The notes under the pieces were generated by a model. It searched no databases. It had not been told where the DNA came from and worked only from the letters and a program-made list of their open reading frames with translations. A program made the position numbers and the translations under genes. From Squalus acanthias (taxonomy: Eukaryota), in the NCBI GenBank assembly GCA_030390025.1, contig CM059432.1, positions 930,001 to 994,000 on the forward strand: DNA of 64,000 bases. Reading direction: 5' to 3'. This document shows positions 34,871 to 47,435 of this stretch, one piece after another; the first letter of the stretch is position 1, and each line of letters begins with the position of its first letter.

Positions 34871-35417
34871 GTAAAACCTATCAGATGAACTTTCCTGCCC
34901 CACTCTTCAAAGTGGGGAAAAAATTATACAAGGGCTGTAAAAATCCAGGGGTGGTCCATCTCGACATCAGCGCTGGGATGCGCCCACTGGTGACCTTCTG
35001 CTCTGACTTTGCCAAAGGTTACGAGGTCAGGGGGTGGTCACTTCATTAACTCATTTAAATAAACCAGGCAAGTGCCTGCTAGAGGCTAAAAAAATGGAGC
35101 AGAGGGTTCCCACTACCTGGGGTGTGGGGACTGAGGTACCCCCGCAATGGTGACTTGTGATATTGGGCCCCTTTTATAAGAGGGTTGAAATGCTTTTTGT
35201 TTATTATGATCTGGAATGCGCTGCCTGAAAGGGCGGTGGAAGCGGATTCAATAGTAACTTTCAAAAGGGAATTGGATATATATGTAAAAAGGGAAAATTT
35301 GCAGGGCTAATGGGGAAAGAGCAGAGGTGTGGGACTAATTGGAGAGCTCTTTTAAACAGCCGACATAGGCATGATGGGCTCAATGACCTCCTTCTGTGCT
35401 GTATGATCCTATGATTC

Positions 35418-37830
35418 TTGGGATGTGGGCGATGCTGCCAATTCAACATTTATTGCCCATTCCTAGTTGCCCATTGAGAAGGTGATGATGAGCCACCTGC
35501 TTGAACCGCTGCAGTCCGTGTGGTGAAGGTGCCCTCACAGTGCTGTTATGTAGCGGGTTCCAGGACTGACCCAGCGACGATGAAGGAACGGCAATATATG
35601 TGCAAGTCAGGATGGTGTGTGACTTGGAGGGGAACCTCTAGGAGATGGTGTTCCCATGACATTGCTGCTGTTCTCCTTCTCGCGCTGTGAGGTGCTGAAA
35701 GCTTGACACGGTGCTGCAGTGCATCCTATAGATTGTACACACTGCAGCCACAGTGTAGAGATTCGCGTCTCTCTGGTAAACAGGATCGAGCGCAAACCAA
35801 TAGGTGGGTATATTGTGTTTGATCGGCATTTAGGATGGAATATAACACACTAGTTATACAGCAAAAACATTCGACCGTGACAAGCAGCTGGTACCGGACC
35901 CGATCGGACAAACGGCTGGCGTACGTGAACAGCTCTTCTTATTCGTTCTCCTTCTTGACTCGCGTGTCTGTCTCTCTCTTTCTCTGAACTACCCAAGAGT
36001 GTTAGACTGGAGTCTGCGTGGGTCCACTCTCTGAAGAGTGTTAGACCACCGTTTCCACTCTTGGAGCCCCTCGCTCCACGGTCTGAGCTAAGAGTTCTTT
36101 AGCTCTTCCTTTTATTCTCTTTTTAGGGGTGGGCCTGAGGTAGAATAATGGACAAGACCATTTAACCTATAGAGGTTCCCCTTAAAACAAGGTGCTCAAT
36201 GGCATGTCGAGTTCTTTGTCTAGACCTACAGATAAAGACCCTCCCTCAAGGGGTCTTCACAACCATTACACATACTTTCTGTACTTGACCAATCATGGCC
36301 TTACAGCATGTTGAGGACTGTCTTCCCTTATCTCATCCGGCCCTTTCCTTCCAAAGCAATAGTCTCTTTTCTCATCCTGTCTTGTCCCCCCTGGTGCAGC
36401 CAGTGCATGTACCAGGCACAGCTTTGTGCCATTAAATCAGAGGCCCAAGCCAGAGCTGTCTTACTCAACCAGCTGCTATCCAAACTATGTCCCCTTAATC
36501 TAACAGACTATTCCATCCTGAGATGGTACCTTAACTCCCATAAATTTCTTCTATTCTATGTCCTTTATACTAATTAACATTTAATTATCTTCGCAAGCAG
36601 TTCTGTTAAACAAACTCCAAATTCTACCTTATCATTATAATATGGTTATTAGTAATAATGGAAGAAACATAGGTTGGGCCTTCATTGGCCAAATTAAAGA
36701 CACAACAACAGAGACAATGCCATACTATGGGCCCCTATGTGGGATGTTATGCCTTATCTAATCTAACTAACTGAAGACATTTTGTCTCAAAGTCTAATAC
36801 AAGCCTCCAGTAAAACACAACTTATACATTAACCCCTTACTTGTCTCGAGCACTAATACGATCATTTAAACACAGTAATATTTGCGTTAACAGTTTCATT
36901 CACATAACCAGATATACTTTTAGGCAGCCCTAGTTTCTAACAACAGTGCGCTAGTGGTGGAAGGGGTGGATATTGAGTTCAGGGGCACAAATTAAGTGGC
37001 CTGCTTTGTACTGGATGGTGTTGAATGTTCCAGTAGCTGCACCCATCAAGGCAAGTGGAGAGTTTTCCATCACACCTGGGTTAAAAGGGTTAAATTATGA
37101 AGACAGGTTGCATAGACTATACTTGTATTCCCTCGAGTATAGAAGATTAAGGATGATCTAATTGAGGTGTTTAAGATGATTAAAGGAGTTGATGGGGTAG
37201 ATAGAGAGAAACTATTTCCTCTGGTGGGAGAGTCCAGAACAAGGGGGCAGAACCTTAAAATTAGAGCCAGGCCGTTCAGGGGTGATGTCAGGAAGCACTT
37301 CACACAAAGGGGAGCGGAAATCTGGAACTCTCTCCCCCCAAAAAGCTGTTGAGGCTGCGGGGGGTCAATTGAAAAATTCAAAACTGAGATTGGTGTTTTT
37401 TTGTTAGGCAAAGGGTAATAAGGGTTACGGACCCAAGGCGGGTAGATGGAGTTAAGATACAGATCAGCCGTGATCTAATTGAATGGCAGAACGAGCTCGA
37501 GGGGCCGAATGGCCTGCTCCTGTACCTATGTTCTGACTTTAGCTGTGTAGATAATGAATAGGCATTGAGGGGTCAGGAGATGAGACACTCATCGCAGAGT
37601 ACCCAGTCTCTGCCCTGCTTTTGTAGCCATGGTGTTGAATATTGCTGGACCAGTTAAAGTCATTGGTGACCCCCAGGATGTTGATGGTGGGAGACTCAGT
37701 GATGGGGGTGCCATTGAAGGTCAAGAGGAGATGACAGGGATTTATCTTGGTTAAAATAGTCATTATCTAGCACTTATGTGGCTTGAATGTTACCTGAGAT
37801 TTGTCAGCCCAAGCCTGGATGTTGGCCATA
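35418..37830 (-). mobile_element. Second LINE family fragment hosting a solo LTR and a CR1 (about 37070-37535, +)
   Basis: TVAAVCTIYRMH and ESPTINILGVT peptides on the minus strand. Confidence 0.7.
35754..36942. mobile_element. Solo LTR-like element (1189 bp)
   Basis: TGTAGAGA...TTTCTAACA termini; 4-bp TSD acag; the host LINE rejoins (gccacag|tgcgc). Confidence 0.75.
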
Positions 37831-37884
37831 TCCTGCTTGACGGTACTTTGGTGATTTTAGATAAGTAGTGCAGTGCACTACTAA

Positions 37885-40275
37885 AACATGACGTGAAGGT
37901 CTTAGACAGGGTGCAGAAAAGATTTACAAGAATGGTTCCAGGGATGAGGGACTTCAGTTACGTGGATAGACTGGAGAACCGTAGAGCAGAGAAGGTTGAG
38001 AGGAGATTTGATAGAGGTGTTCAAAATCATGAGGGGTCTGGACAGAGTAGATAGAGAGAAACTGTTCCCATTGGCGGAAGGGTCGAGAACCAGAGGATAC
38101 AGATTTAAGGTGATTGGCAGAAGAACCAATGGTGACATGAGGAAAAAGTTTTTTACACAGCGAGTGGTTAGGATCTGGAATGCACTGCCTGAAAGGGTGG
38201 TGGAGGCAGATTCAATCACGGCTTTCAAAAGGGAATTGGATAAGTATCTGAAGAAAAATATTTGCAGGGCTACGGGGAAAGGGCAGGGGAGTGGGACTAG
38301 CTGAAGTGCTCTTGCAGAGAGCCGGCAGGGGCTCAACGGGCCGATTGGCCGCCTTCTGTGCTGTAACCATTCTATGATTCTTATTCCCTTTTGAAAGTTA
38401 CTATTGAATCTGCTTCCACCGTCCTTTCAGATCATAACAACTCTTTGAGTAAAAAAAAATCTCCTCATCTCCCCCCTGGTTCTTTTGTCAATTACCTTAA
38501 ATCTCTGTCCTCTGGTTACCGACCCTCTTGCCACTGGAAACATAAGAACATAAGAAATAGGAGCAGGAGTCGGCCATATGGGCCCTCAAGTCTGCTCCGC
38601 CATTCAATAAGATCATGGCTGATCATCGACCTCAACTCCACTTTCTCGCCCGATCTCCATATCCCTTGATTCCCCTAGAGTCCAAAAATCTATCTATCTC
38701 AGCCTTGAATATACTCAAAGACTCAGCATTCACAGCTCTCTGGGGCAGAGAATTCCAAAGGTTCACAACCCCCTGAGTGAAGAAATTCCTCCACATCTCA
38801 GTCTTAAATAGCCTACCCCTTATCCTAAGACTATGCCCCCTAGTTCTAGACACTCCAACCAGGAGAAACAACCTCTCAGCATCTACCCTGTCAATCCCCT
38901 TCAAAATCTTGTATGTTTCAATGAGATCACCTCTCATTCTTCTAAACTCCAGAGAGTATAGGCCCATTCTACACAATCTTTCATCATAGGACAGCCCTCT
39001 CATCCCAGGAATCAATCTAGTGAGCCTTCGTTGCACCACCTCCAAAGCAAGTATATCCTTCCTTAGATAAAGAGACCTAAACTGTGCATAGTACTCCAGG
39101 TGTGGTCTCACCAAGGCCCTGTACAATTGTAGCAAGACTTCCTTACTCTTATACTCCAACCCCCAACATGCCATTTGCTTCCTTATTGCTTGCTGTACCT
39201 GCATGCTAACTTTCTGTGTTTCTTGCACGAGGACACCCAAATCTCTCTGAACACCAACATTTGAAAGTTTCTCACCATTTAAAAAATATTCTGTTTTTCT
39301 ATTCTTCCTACCAAAGTGAATAACCTCACATTTCGCTACATTATACTCCATCTGCCACCTTACTGCCCACTCACTTAGTCTATCTATATCCCTTTGCAGA
39401 CTCTTTGGGCTGGATTTTGTCAATGGGGAGCTTTTGGAGGCGGGACTCCCACTTGTCGGGTTTTAGTCCCGCCTCCCATCGACTTGTGGCCAACCCATGC
39501 TATTTTCCCTTGATTGACCTTGTTAAGCCCGCTCAGCAGGCCAATTAAGTGAAAGTCGGTTACTGGTGACGTCAGCAAGTGACGTTTCATCTGTCAAGAG
39601 CTTTTGACAGATGAAATGTCAGCGTTTGATGGCTCTGTGAAGCTGTCAAACACTGGCAATCTATCTTCTAAGTTGAGTCTTTACTCAAGACTCAATTAGA
39701 AAGCCTTCCTGAGCAGAAAGCAGAAGGCTGCAGCTTTTGACAGTTCAGCGGCCATTCTGCTTTCTGTGCCGGTGAACTGAGGGACTCCCGAGACCTGAAG
39801 GGATGAAGCCTGCAGGAAGAAGTAAAGGTAAGTAAACTTATTAAAACACTTTACACACACCTCACACACTCACCTCTCCACACTTGCACTCATCACTCAC
39901 CCGCACAGCGGACATCTCGGCCCCTCCGACCCCCGCAGACCCACGGCTCGCCTCGCTGACCCTGGCGCGTTTCGGAGCCGTCGGGAAGCCCACACATCAG
40001 GGCTCAAAATAGGGATTAGCAAAAAAACTGCCTGTTAACTACCGGCTACCCACCTCCTGGGAAGATGGCACGGAGGCAGGTTGGGGGCGGGATGGGTACC
40101 CGTCCCCAGATTCTGCCATTTTCCTGGCAGTCCCGCCTCCAAACCCACCTCCCAGGGCTGGCAAGATTCGCCCCTTTGTGTTCTCCTCACAGTTTACTGT
40201 CCCACCTAGCTTTGTATCATCAGCAAACTTGGATACATTACACTTGGTCCCTTCATCTAGGTCGTTAATATAGTG
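37885..40275. mobile_element. Cluster of CR1 fragments (+ 37885-38380; - 38383-40275)
   Basis: ORFs 37996-38304 and 38632-39423. Confidence 0.88.
39407..40174. mobile_element. Harbinger-type element (768 bp)
   Basis: GGGCTGGATTTTG / CAAGATTCGCCCC; TSD TTT inside a CR1. Confidence 0.8.
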
Positions 40276-40391
40276 TCTCTTTATTTACTCTACCAAAACC
40301 CATCATGATTTTGAACACAAATACATCATTGTGATTGTCCATAATGTTATCCTTATAAATGGCACTGTCTTTATTTTGAAATGTTCAACAG

Positions 40392-40569
40392 TTCATGTGT
40401 TGCATCCAAGTTTGAAATCCCCGTGTCTTCAGTGAAGATGAAGAATGGGCAACCTCCAACAGCAGGTATACCTGCACAACCTAACTTGCCTAATGATTCC
40501 CCAATCCTATATCGGCACCCTCCAACCATGGTGGATCCAGGAGACATTATTTTACTGAAATCGCCACAG
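40392..40569 (+). CDS. LAMA3: LAMA3 exon L: SCVASKFEIPVSSVKMKNGQ...RHPPTMVDPGDIILLKSPQ
   Basis: caacag|T...CAG|gtaatg; 178 nt, phase 2->0. Confidence 0.88.
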
Positions 40570-41126
40570 GTAATGAACTGCTTTGAGTGTGGAAATATGT
40601 TAACATGAAGTAATATCCATAAAATAGAAAGAAAGAAGTTGCACTTCTCTAGCGCTTTTCACAACCTCAGGGCATCCCAAGGCACTTTACAGCCAATTAA
40701 GTAGGAAACGTGGCAGCCAATTTTGCGGCAGCCAATTTTGTGCACAGCAAGCTCCCACAAACAGCAATGTGATAATGACCAGATCATCTGTTGGTTGAGT
40801 GAGAAATATTGGCCAGGACACCAGGGAGAGAACTGGTTTATGATTTAGTGCACGGATGAAATTTTCCTCAATCATGAGTTACAAACCGTTCCAATATAGA
40901 AAGGAACTCAGTGGAATGTGAATTGGAGAAACGGTCACGTAAGTGGAGAGAACAGCTGAGGTCTGAAGTGTAAAGTCAGTGTCCAAACTAGACGATCATA
41001 GCAATTTAAAGACTTGGGGAAAAATTATAAAAAGTATATGTTGTGCATGTCTGCTGCTAGTTTTTTTTTAAAAAACATATAAATAAGGAATGTTTGTTAA
41101 CAACGTGAGGCTTATTTGTTTTATAG

Positions 41127-41253
41127 AATCAGATCACCTTCGACACAAGATTGCCAAATACAGGCAAACATGTGGTTATCGTGCATTTTTATCAGCCTTT
41201 GTACCCATCGTTCCCGGTAGAGGTGATGGTGGATGGAGGTCGCCCCAATAATG
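41127..41253 (+). CDS. LAMA3: LAMA3 exon M: NQITFDTRLPNTGKHVVIVHFYQPLYPSFPVEVMVDGGRPNN
   Basis: ttatag|AAT...G|gtgagt; 127 nt, phase 0->1. Confidence 0.93.
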
Positions 41254-41309
41254 GTGAGTAAAATAGTCCTTAAACGGACCGTTGCTGATGTTAAACGTTC
41301 ACCGGGCAC

Positions 41310-41848
41310 CGATCTGGGCACCGCACCTCAGGAAGGATATACTGGCCTTGGAGAGGGAGCAGCGCAGATTCACCAGAATGATACCGGGGCTAAAAGGGTT
41401 AAATTATGAAGACAGGCTGCACAGACTAGGCTTGTATTCCCTCGAGTATAGAAGATTAAGGGGCGATCTAATTGAGGTGTTTAAGTTGATTAAAGGAGTT
41501 GATAGGGTCGCTAGAGAGAAACTATTTCCTCTGGTGGGGGGAGTCCAGAACAAGGGACATAACCTTAAAATTAGAGTCAGGCTGTTCAGGAGTGATGTCA
41601 GGAAGCACTTCTTTGCACAAAGGGTAGTGGAAATCTGGAACTCTCTCCCCCCACAAAGCTGTTGAGGCTGGGGGTCAATTGAAAATTTAAAAACTGAGAG
41701 TGATAGATTTTTGTTGGGTCAGGATATTAAGGGTTACGGAACCAAGGCGGGTAAATGGAGTTGAGGTACAGATCAGCCATGATCTAATTGAATGGTGAAA
41801 CAGGCTCGAGGGGCTGAATGGCCTGCTCCTGGTCTGATGTTCCTATGA
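41310..41848 (+). mobile_element. CR1 3' fragment
   Basis: ORF 41282-41665. Confidence 0.88.
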
Positions 41849-41916
41849 ACTGTACTTAATTTTGGTTGCGAACAAATTCCCGCTAAAATTATTCATTCAC
41901 CTCTTATTTTTTTTAG

Positions 41917-42056
41917 GATTCTTCAGCGCTTTCTTCTGCCCACATGGGTTTGGATGTCGCAACCAGGTTATTTCAGGAAATAGAATAGAATTGGATATAA
42001 ACAATCTGGAGTTGTCCATCATGCTTATCGTTCCCAAAGAGAAAGAACTTTGGGTG
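41917..42056 (+). CDS. LAMA3: LAMA3 exon N: GFFSAFFCPHGFGCRNQVISGNRIELDINNLELSIMLIVPKEKELWV
   Basis: ttttag|GA...GTG|gtaagt; 140 nt, phase 1->0; FCPHxxGCR motif. Confidence 0.93.
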
Positions 42057-43234
42057 GTAAGTTTTGAACAAATACTAGAAGAGTTATTATTGCCACGTTA
42101 CCTACATTACAACAGTGACTGCATTTCAACAACAAACTTGCATTTATATAGCGCCTGTAACACAGTAAAATGTCCCAAGGTGCATCACAGGAGCGATTAT
42201 CAAGCAAATATTTGACACCGAGCCACATAAGGAGATATTAGGACAAATGACTGAAAGCTTGGTCAAAGAGGTAGGTTTTAAGGAGCATCTTAAAGGAGGA
42301 GAGAGAGGCGGAGAGGTTTAGGGAGGGAGTTCAGAGCTTAAGTACTTCATTGGCTGTGAAGCGCTTTGGGACGTTCTGAGGTCATGAAAGGTGCTATAGA
42401 AATGCAAGTCTTTCTTTTTTATACTGTACTACAGCAGGAAACAAGGTACTCTTAAGATGATAGTTTAATTCTGTCTCGAAACGGTGGAAGCGTTTTAGAA
42501 ACATGAAGGGCTTCATTCAAAGATTTTTTTTTCATGCAAAGGGTTATTCAGGTACTGAATGTCCTACCACCAGACAGTCATAACATTTAAGAGGGATTGC
42601 GATAAACACTTTAAGAAACATACAAAAGGGTACGAGAGAAAAGCAGATAAACTGAATTAAAGCAGATGGACTAGAGATTCGGGCACGCCCATGTTTCGAT
42701 GCATGAGGGTGGGGGTGGGGAGCGCAGGGTACAATCCCAGCCCCTGAATGGTGATACCTGAGGCGCCCTTGAGGGTGGGGGGGAAGCACTCCGCGTTCTT
42801 ATAATGTGGGGTCGGGAATATCACTCCTGCTCCTACCGGCTCCATATTCAGGTAAGTATGGAGGGGGCCTTCCTACCGCTTCGCGCAACAATGTGGCAAG
42901 TCCAGCACGCAGCGAATGAAACGCTGAGGCGACCGATAATCAAAAGCATGTCCTCCGAGAAGCAGAGGACTCTAATTTGAATAACTTATTTTCCCCTTTA
43001 TACGTTCCCGTTGTGCACTCCTGCCGCCAGTGTATCGACCTTATCCAATATGGCTGACGGCGCAATACCGGCCAGAAATGTTTGCGCGCTTCCTGGGAGT
43101 TTAGTACATCGGTTAACACTGGCACAAGCACAATGGGCCAATTGACCTCCTTCTGTGTTGAAATTTCTATGATCCTGTGTATTGCTAATTTACTTGCAAA
43201 GTAGTAACTGGCTGAAAATATTTTTCTTTTTTAG

Positions 43235-43350
43235 GACTACATCTTAATTGTTCCTTCAGAGAGTTACGATCCTGACTTACGGAATGAAAAACCTCTGGAT
43301 AAATCATTTGATTTCATTACCGCCTGTGGTGGAAATAGCTTTCACATCGA
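43235..43350 (+). CDS. LAMA3: LAMA3 exon O: DYILIVPSESYDPDLRNEKPLDKSFDFITACGGNSFHI
   Basis: ttttag|GAC...GA|gtgagt; 116 nt, phase 0->2. Confidence 0.93.
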
Positions 43351-43544
43351 GTGAGTTTAATTAACTCTTCTGTGCCTTTTGTGTTTTATATTCCCTTAAA
43401 TCTGAGTGGGAAAAAAATTGGGTGGAATCACCCGTGGCTAAATTGATGCTTTTTTCATTTAAGAATAAAATAAAGAGGGTGAAATTTCTTTTGGCAATAA
43501 TTCTGGTGAAGCAGTCAACGTGAGTATAGAACGGGATTTTCTAT

Positions 43545-44098
43545 ACTCTGCTTAGGCCTCTGCTGGAGTATTGAGTCCAATTCTGGGCACCACATTTCAG
43601 GAAGGATGTCAAGGCCTTGGAGAGGGTGTAGAGGAGATTTACTAGAATGGTACCAGGGATGAGGGACCTCAGTTTTATGTGGAGAGACTGGAGAAGCTGG
43701 GATTGTTCTTCTTAGAGCAGAGAAGGTTAAGGGGAGATTTAATAGAGGTGTTCAAAATTATGAAGGGTTTTGATAGAGTAAATAAGAAGAAACTGTTTCC
43801 AGTGGAGGAGGGTCGGTAACCAGAGGACACAGATTGAAGGTGATTGGCAAAAGAGCCAGAGGGGAATTGTTTTTACGCAGCGAGTTGTTGTGATCTGGAA
43901 TGCGCTGCCTGAAAGGGCGGTGGAAGCAGATTCAATAATAACTTTCAAAAGGGAATTGGATAAATACTTGACGGGGAGAAAATTGCAGGGCTGTGGGGAA
44001 AGAGCAGGGGGGAGTGGGACTAATTGGAGAGCTCTTTCAAAGAGCCGGCACAGGCACAATGGGTCAAATGGCCTCCTGTGCTGTTCGATTTTATGATT
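43545..44098 (+). mobile_element. CR1 3' fragment
   Basis: same family as 17843-18620. Confidence 0.85.
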
Positions 44099-44746
44099 TT
44101 GTTCCTGTCGGTAACAAATAAGAACAGTGCACTCGAGAGGCTGAAATGAACCAATCAGGGAAGAATTTATATTTTGCAAGGGGAGGATTGCGTTGGGTGA
44201 TGTGAGTCATCCGATTCTTTTGAGATGAGGGAGGGGCTGAGTTTTTATCACCTTATGATTTCATTTGCCTTGAAGGTAACGGGCCGAACTTCCTCTGCTG
44301 TTCAGACTGACTCCCACTTTAAGTGCAGTTGGAGTCCAGTATATTGACTGGAATATAGGCCGGGACCTAGATACACTGGCTTGGCAATGTTGGAACACTT
44401 TACTCTGCCGAGGCATGTGCAATCTTGCTGGAATTGGGGTGTGCATTCCCACAGAAATGTTTCCTGCGGCACAAGAGTGTTGGAAGCAAATCCCCCAGAA
44501 CCAGCTTTCGGCAGCCTGCCAGTAAATGCTTTGAAGTAAAAAGCAAAATGCTGCCGATACTGGAAAATCCGAAACAAAAACAGAAAATTCTGGAGACACA
44601 CAGCGGGGCTTTGAAAATTTACAGGGCTATGGGGAACGAGCAGGGGGGTAATGGGATTAATTGGAGAGCTCTTTCAAAGAGCTGGAACAGGCACCATGGG
44701 CCGAATGGCCTCCTTCTGTGCATTAGGATTCAGCGATCCTGTACCT

Positions 44747-45216
44747 GTGTCAGCCGTGGCTCAGTGGGTAGCACACTCGCCTCTGAGTCAGAAGGTTGTG
44801 GGTTCAAGTCCCACTCCAGGGACTTGAGCACATAAAGCTAGGCTGACACTCCAGTGCAGTGCTGAGGGAGTGCTGCACTGTCGGAGGTGCCGTCTTTCAG
44901 ATGAGACGTTAAACCGAGGCCCCATCTGCTCTCTCAGGTGGACGTAAAAGATCCCAGGGCACTATTTCGAAGAAGAGCAGGGGAGTTATCCCTGGTGTCC
45001 TGGGCCAATATTTATCCCTCAATCAACATAACAAAAAAACAGATTATCTGGTCATTATCACATTGCTGTTTCGGGAGCTTGCTGTGTGCAAATCAGTTGC
45101 CACGTTTACCACATTTCATAGTGACCATACTCCAAAAGTACTTCATTGGCTGTAAAGCGCTTTGAGATGTCCAGTGGTCGTGAAAGACGCTGTAGAAATG
45201 CAAGTCTTTCTTTCTT
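44747..45216 (+). mobile_element. Full-length tRNA-derived Deu-domain SINE (SacSINE1-like) with L2-type tail
   Basis: A box tggctcagtgg, B box ggttcaagtcc, core aaagatccc..ggcactatttcgaagaagag...ggtgtcctgg, tail aaatgcaagtctttctttc. Confidence 0.82.
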
Positions 45217-45834
45217 GCAGTTTTTTTCTACTCATGAAAGGACGGCCAAGGTCAATGGGCCAGCTGCTACCCTGTAGATTAGTAGTGGCAGATCTCAGCT
45301 GAGCTGTCAAGCGGAGGCTAGATGTTTCCCCGTAGAGAGCAAAGTAGTCATGTAGCTTGAGGCACCTGTGCCACTCTTCTGCACCTGCTCACGGTTGATT
45401 AGAAAGTCTCAATAAGGGGTCGGCCATTGAGGACTGAGATGAGGAGAAATTTCATCACGCCAAAGGTTGTGAATCTTTGGAATTCTCTACTCCCAGAGGG
45501 CTGTGGATGCTCAGTCGATGAGCGTGTTCAAGACAGATTGACAGATTTTTGGGCTCTAGGGGAATCAAGCGATATGGGGATAGTGCGGGAAGGTGGAGTT
45601 GATGTGGAAGATCAGCCATGATCTTATTGAATGGCGGAGCAGGCTCGAAGGGCCGAATGTTCTTATGTTCTTAAAATAGCACCAGGAGAACCCAGGATCC
45701 TTTTGCCTTCTCAGCCAGAGTTTGAGCTGTGATTACCATATATGGGTGAAGAAAATTACCAAAATAAAAGAGGGGAAATTAAAGCTAAAAACCAATACTC
45801 AAAATTCACAATTACTATTATGTATCTTAGTATT

Positions 45835-46564
45835 GGGCCGTATTTTCCGATCGGAGGCTTCCTGCATGCAGAGGCCTCCGATCTGGAAAAAATCTACGGA
45901 CTTACCTGAGGGCTCCCGAGGTCCGGACACTTCCACTCCTGGGCCTCTCCAACTCGAAATGCGCAGGGCCCGCGTATCCCAGGGGCGCAGGTGGTTCGCA
46001 AGCGTCCCTGGGATCACATGGGCCAGGCCAGCCAATAGGAGAAGGGAATTGCCCTTCATACACTTGACAGATTGACCTGTCAAATATATGAATGGAGATC
46101 ACCCTAAAAACACAGTAAAACAGTAAATACATTTTTTTTTAAATCACATTTTTAAAATTAGTTTAAATTACAATTAATTTTTTGAAAAAAATAATTAAAG
46201 TTTTTTACGGGGCTAAAAATAAGCTTACCTTTTTTAAAGTATTTTTAAATGATAAATGAGTGAAATATTTTTTAAAACTTTTTTTCAAATCTTATGCTGG
46301 TAAAAGCAGGCCTTACGCCAGCTTTTACCAGGCGTAAGATTTCAAAGGGTTTTCTGCGGGCGGAGGTTCTCCAGAAAGCGGAACTATCCGCCCGCAGAGG
46401 TCCTTCTCTAGGGCAGGCATCCGATCTGTCAAGAGCATTCTTGACAGATTGGAAATGCCGATTTTCAGCGCATGCGCTTGGCATGCCTGAAACCAGCATT
46501 TCCGATGTCCCTACGGGTGTGTACACAGCGCGTACACATCCGTAGGGATCGGAATATACGGGGC
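45835..46564. mobile_element. Harbinger-type MITE
   Basis: GGGCCGTATTTTCCGATC / GATCGGAATATACGGGGC; flanks att / aat. Confidence 0.75.
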
Positions 46565-46573
46565 AATATGTTT

Positions 46574-47033
46574 GAAAGAAAGAAAGACTTGCATTTATAT
46601 AGTGCCTTTCACGACTTTAGGACATCCCAAAGTGCTTCACAGCCAATGAAGTACTTTTTGAAGTGTGGTCACTGTTGTAATGTAGGAAACACAGCAGCCA
46701 ATTTGCGCACAGCAAGCTCCCACAAACAGCAATGTGACAATGACCAGATAATCTGTTTTAGTGATGTTGATTGAGGGTTAAATATTGGCCAGGACACCGG
46801 GGAGAACTGCCCTGCTCTTCTTCGAAATAGTGCCACAGGATCTTTTACGTCCACCTGAGAGAGCAGACGGGGCCTCGGTTTAATGTCCCATGTGAAAGAC
46901 GGCACCTCCAACAGTACAGCACTCCCTCAGCACTGCACTGGAGTGGCAGGCTAGCTTTTTGTGCTCAAGTCTCTGGAGTGGGACTTGAACCCACAACCAG
47001 AGGCAAGTATGCTGCCCACTGAGCCACAGCTGA
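46574..47033 (-). mobile_element. Deu-type SINE, near full length
   Basis: reverse complement of 44747-45216. Confidence 0.85.
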
Positions 47034-47435
47034 TATTAATGTATCTGAGAAAATATACCTAAAATAAAACATTTGCTGATAATATGACGCTTTAACACTG
47101 TCGCGTACTGTGCACAGTTCTGGTCTTCATATTATAAAAAAGATACAGAGGCACGGGAGAAGGTGCAAAAAAGACTTATGAAGATGATACCAAAACTGAG
47201 AGTTTATATCTATCAGAAAAGATTGAACACTCTGGGTTATTTTCTTTAGAAAAGAGAAGAGTGAGAGGGTGACCTGATGGAGGACTTTAAAATTATGAAG
47301 GGGTTTGATAGGGTAGTCGTAGAGAAAATATTTCCACTTGTGGGGGAGACCAGAACTAGAGGCCATAACTATAAGATAGTCACGAATAAATCCAATAACG
47401 AATTCAAGAGAAACCTCTTTACTCAGAGAGTGGTT

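Noticed and set aside
42660..43120. GC-rich patches as discrete elements (also about 21470-21915, 34885-35190, 58880-59270)
   Set aside because: Probably decayed TIR elements, but paired termini and TSDs could not be established by eye.
44747..44820. tRNA gene
   Set aside because: The A/B boxes are the head of a multi-copy SINE and run directly into the SINE body.
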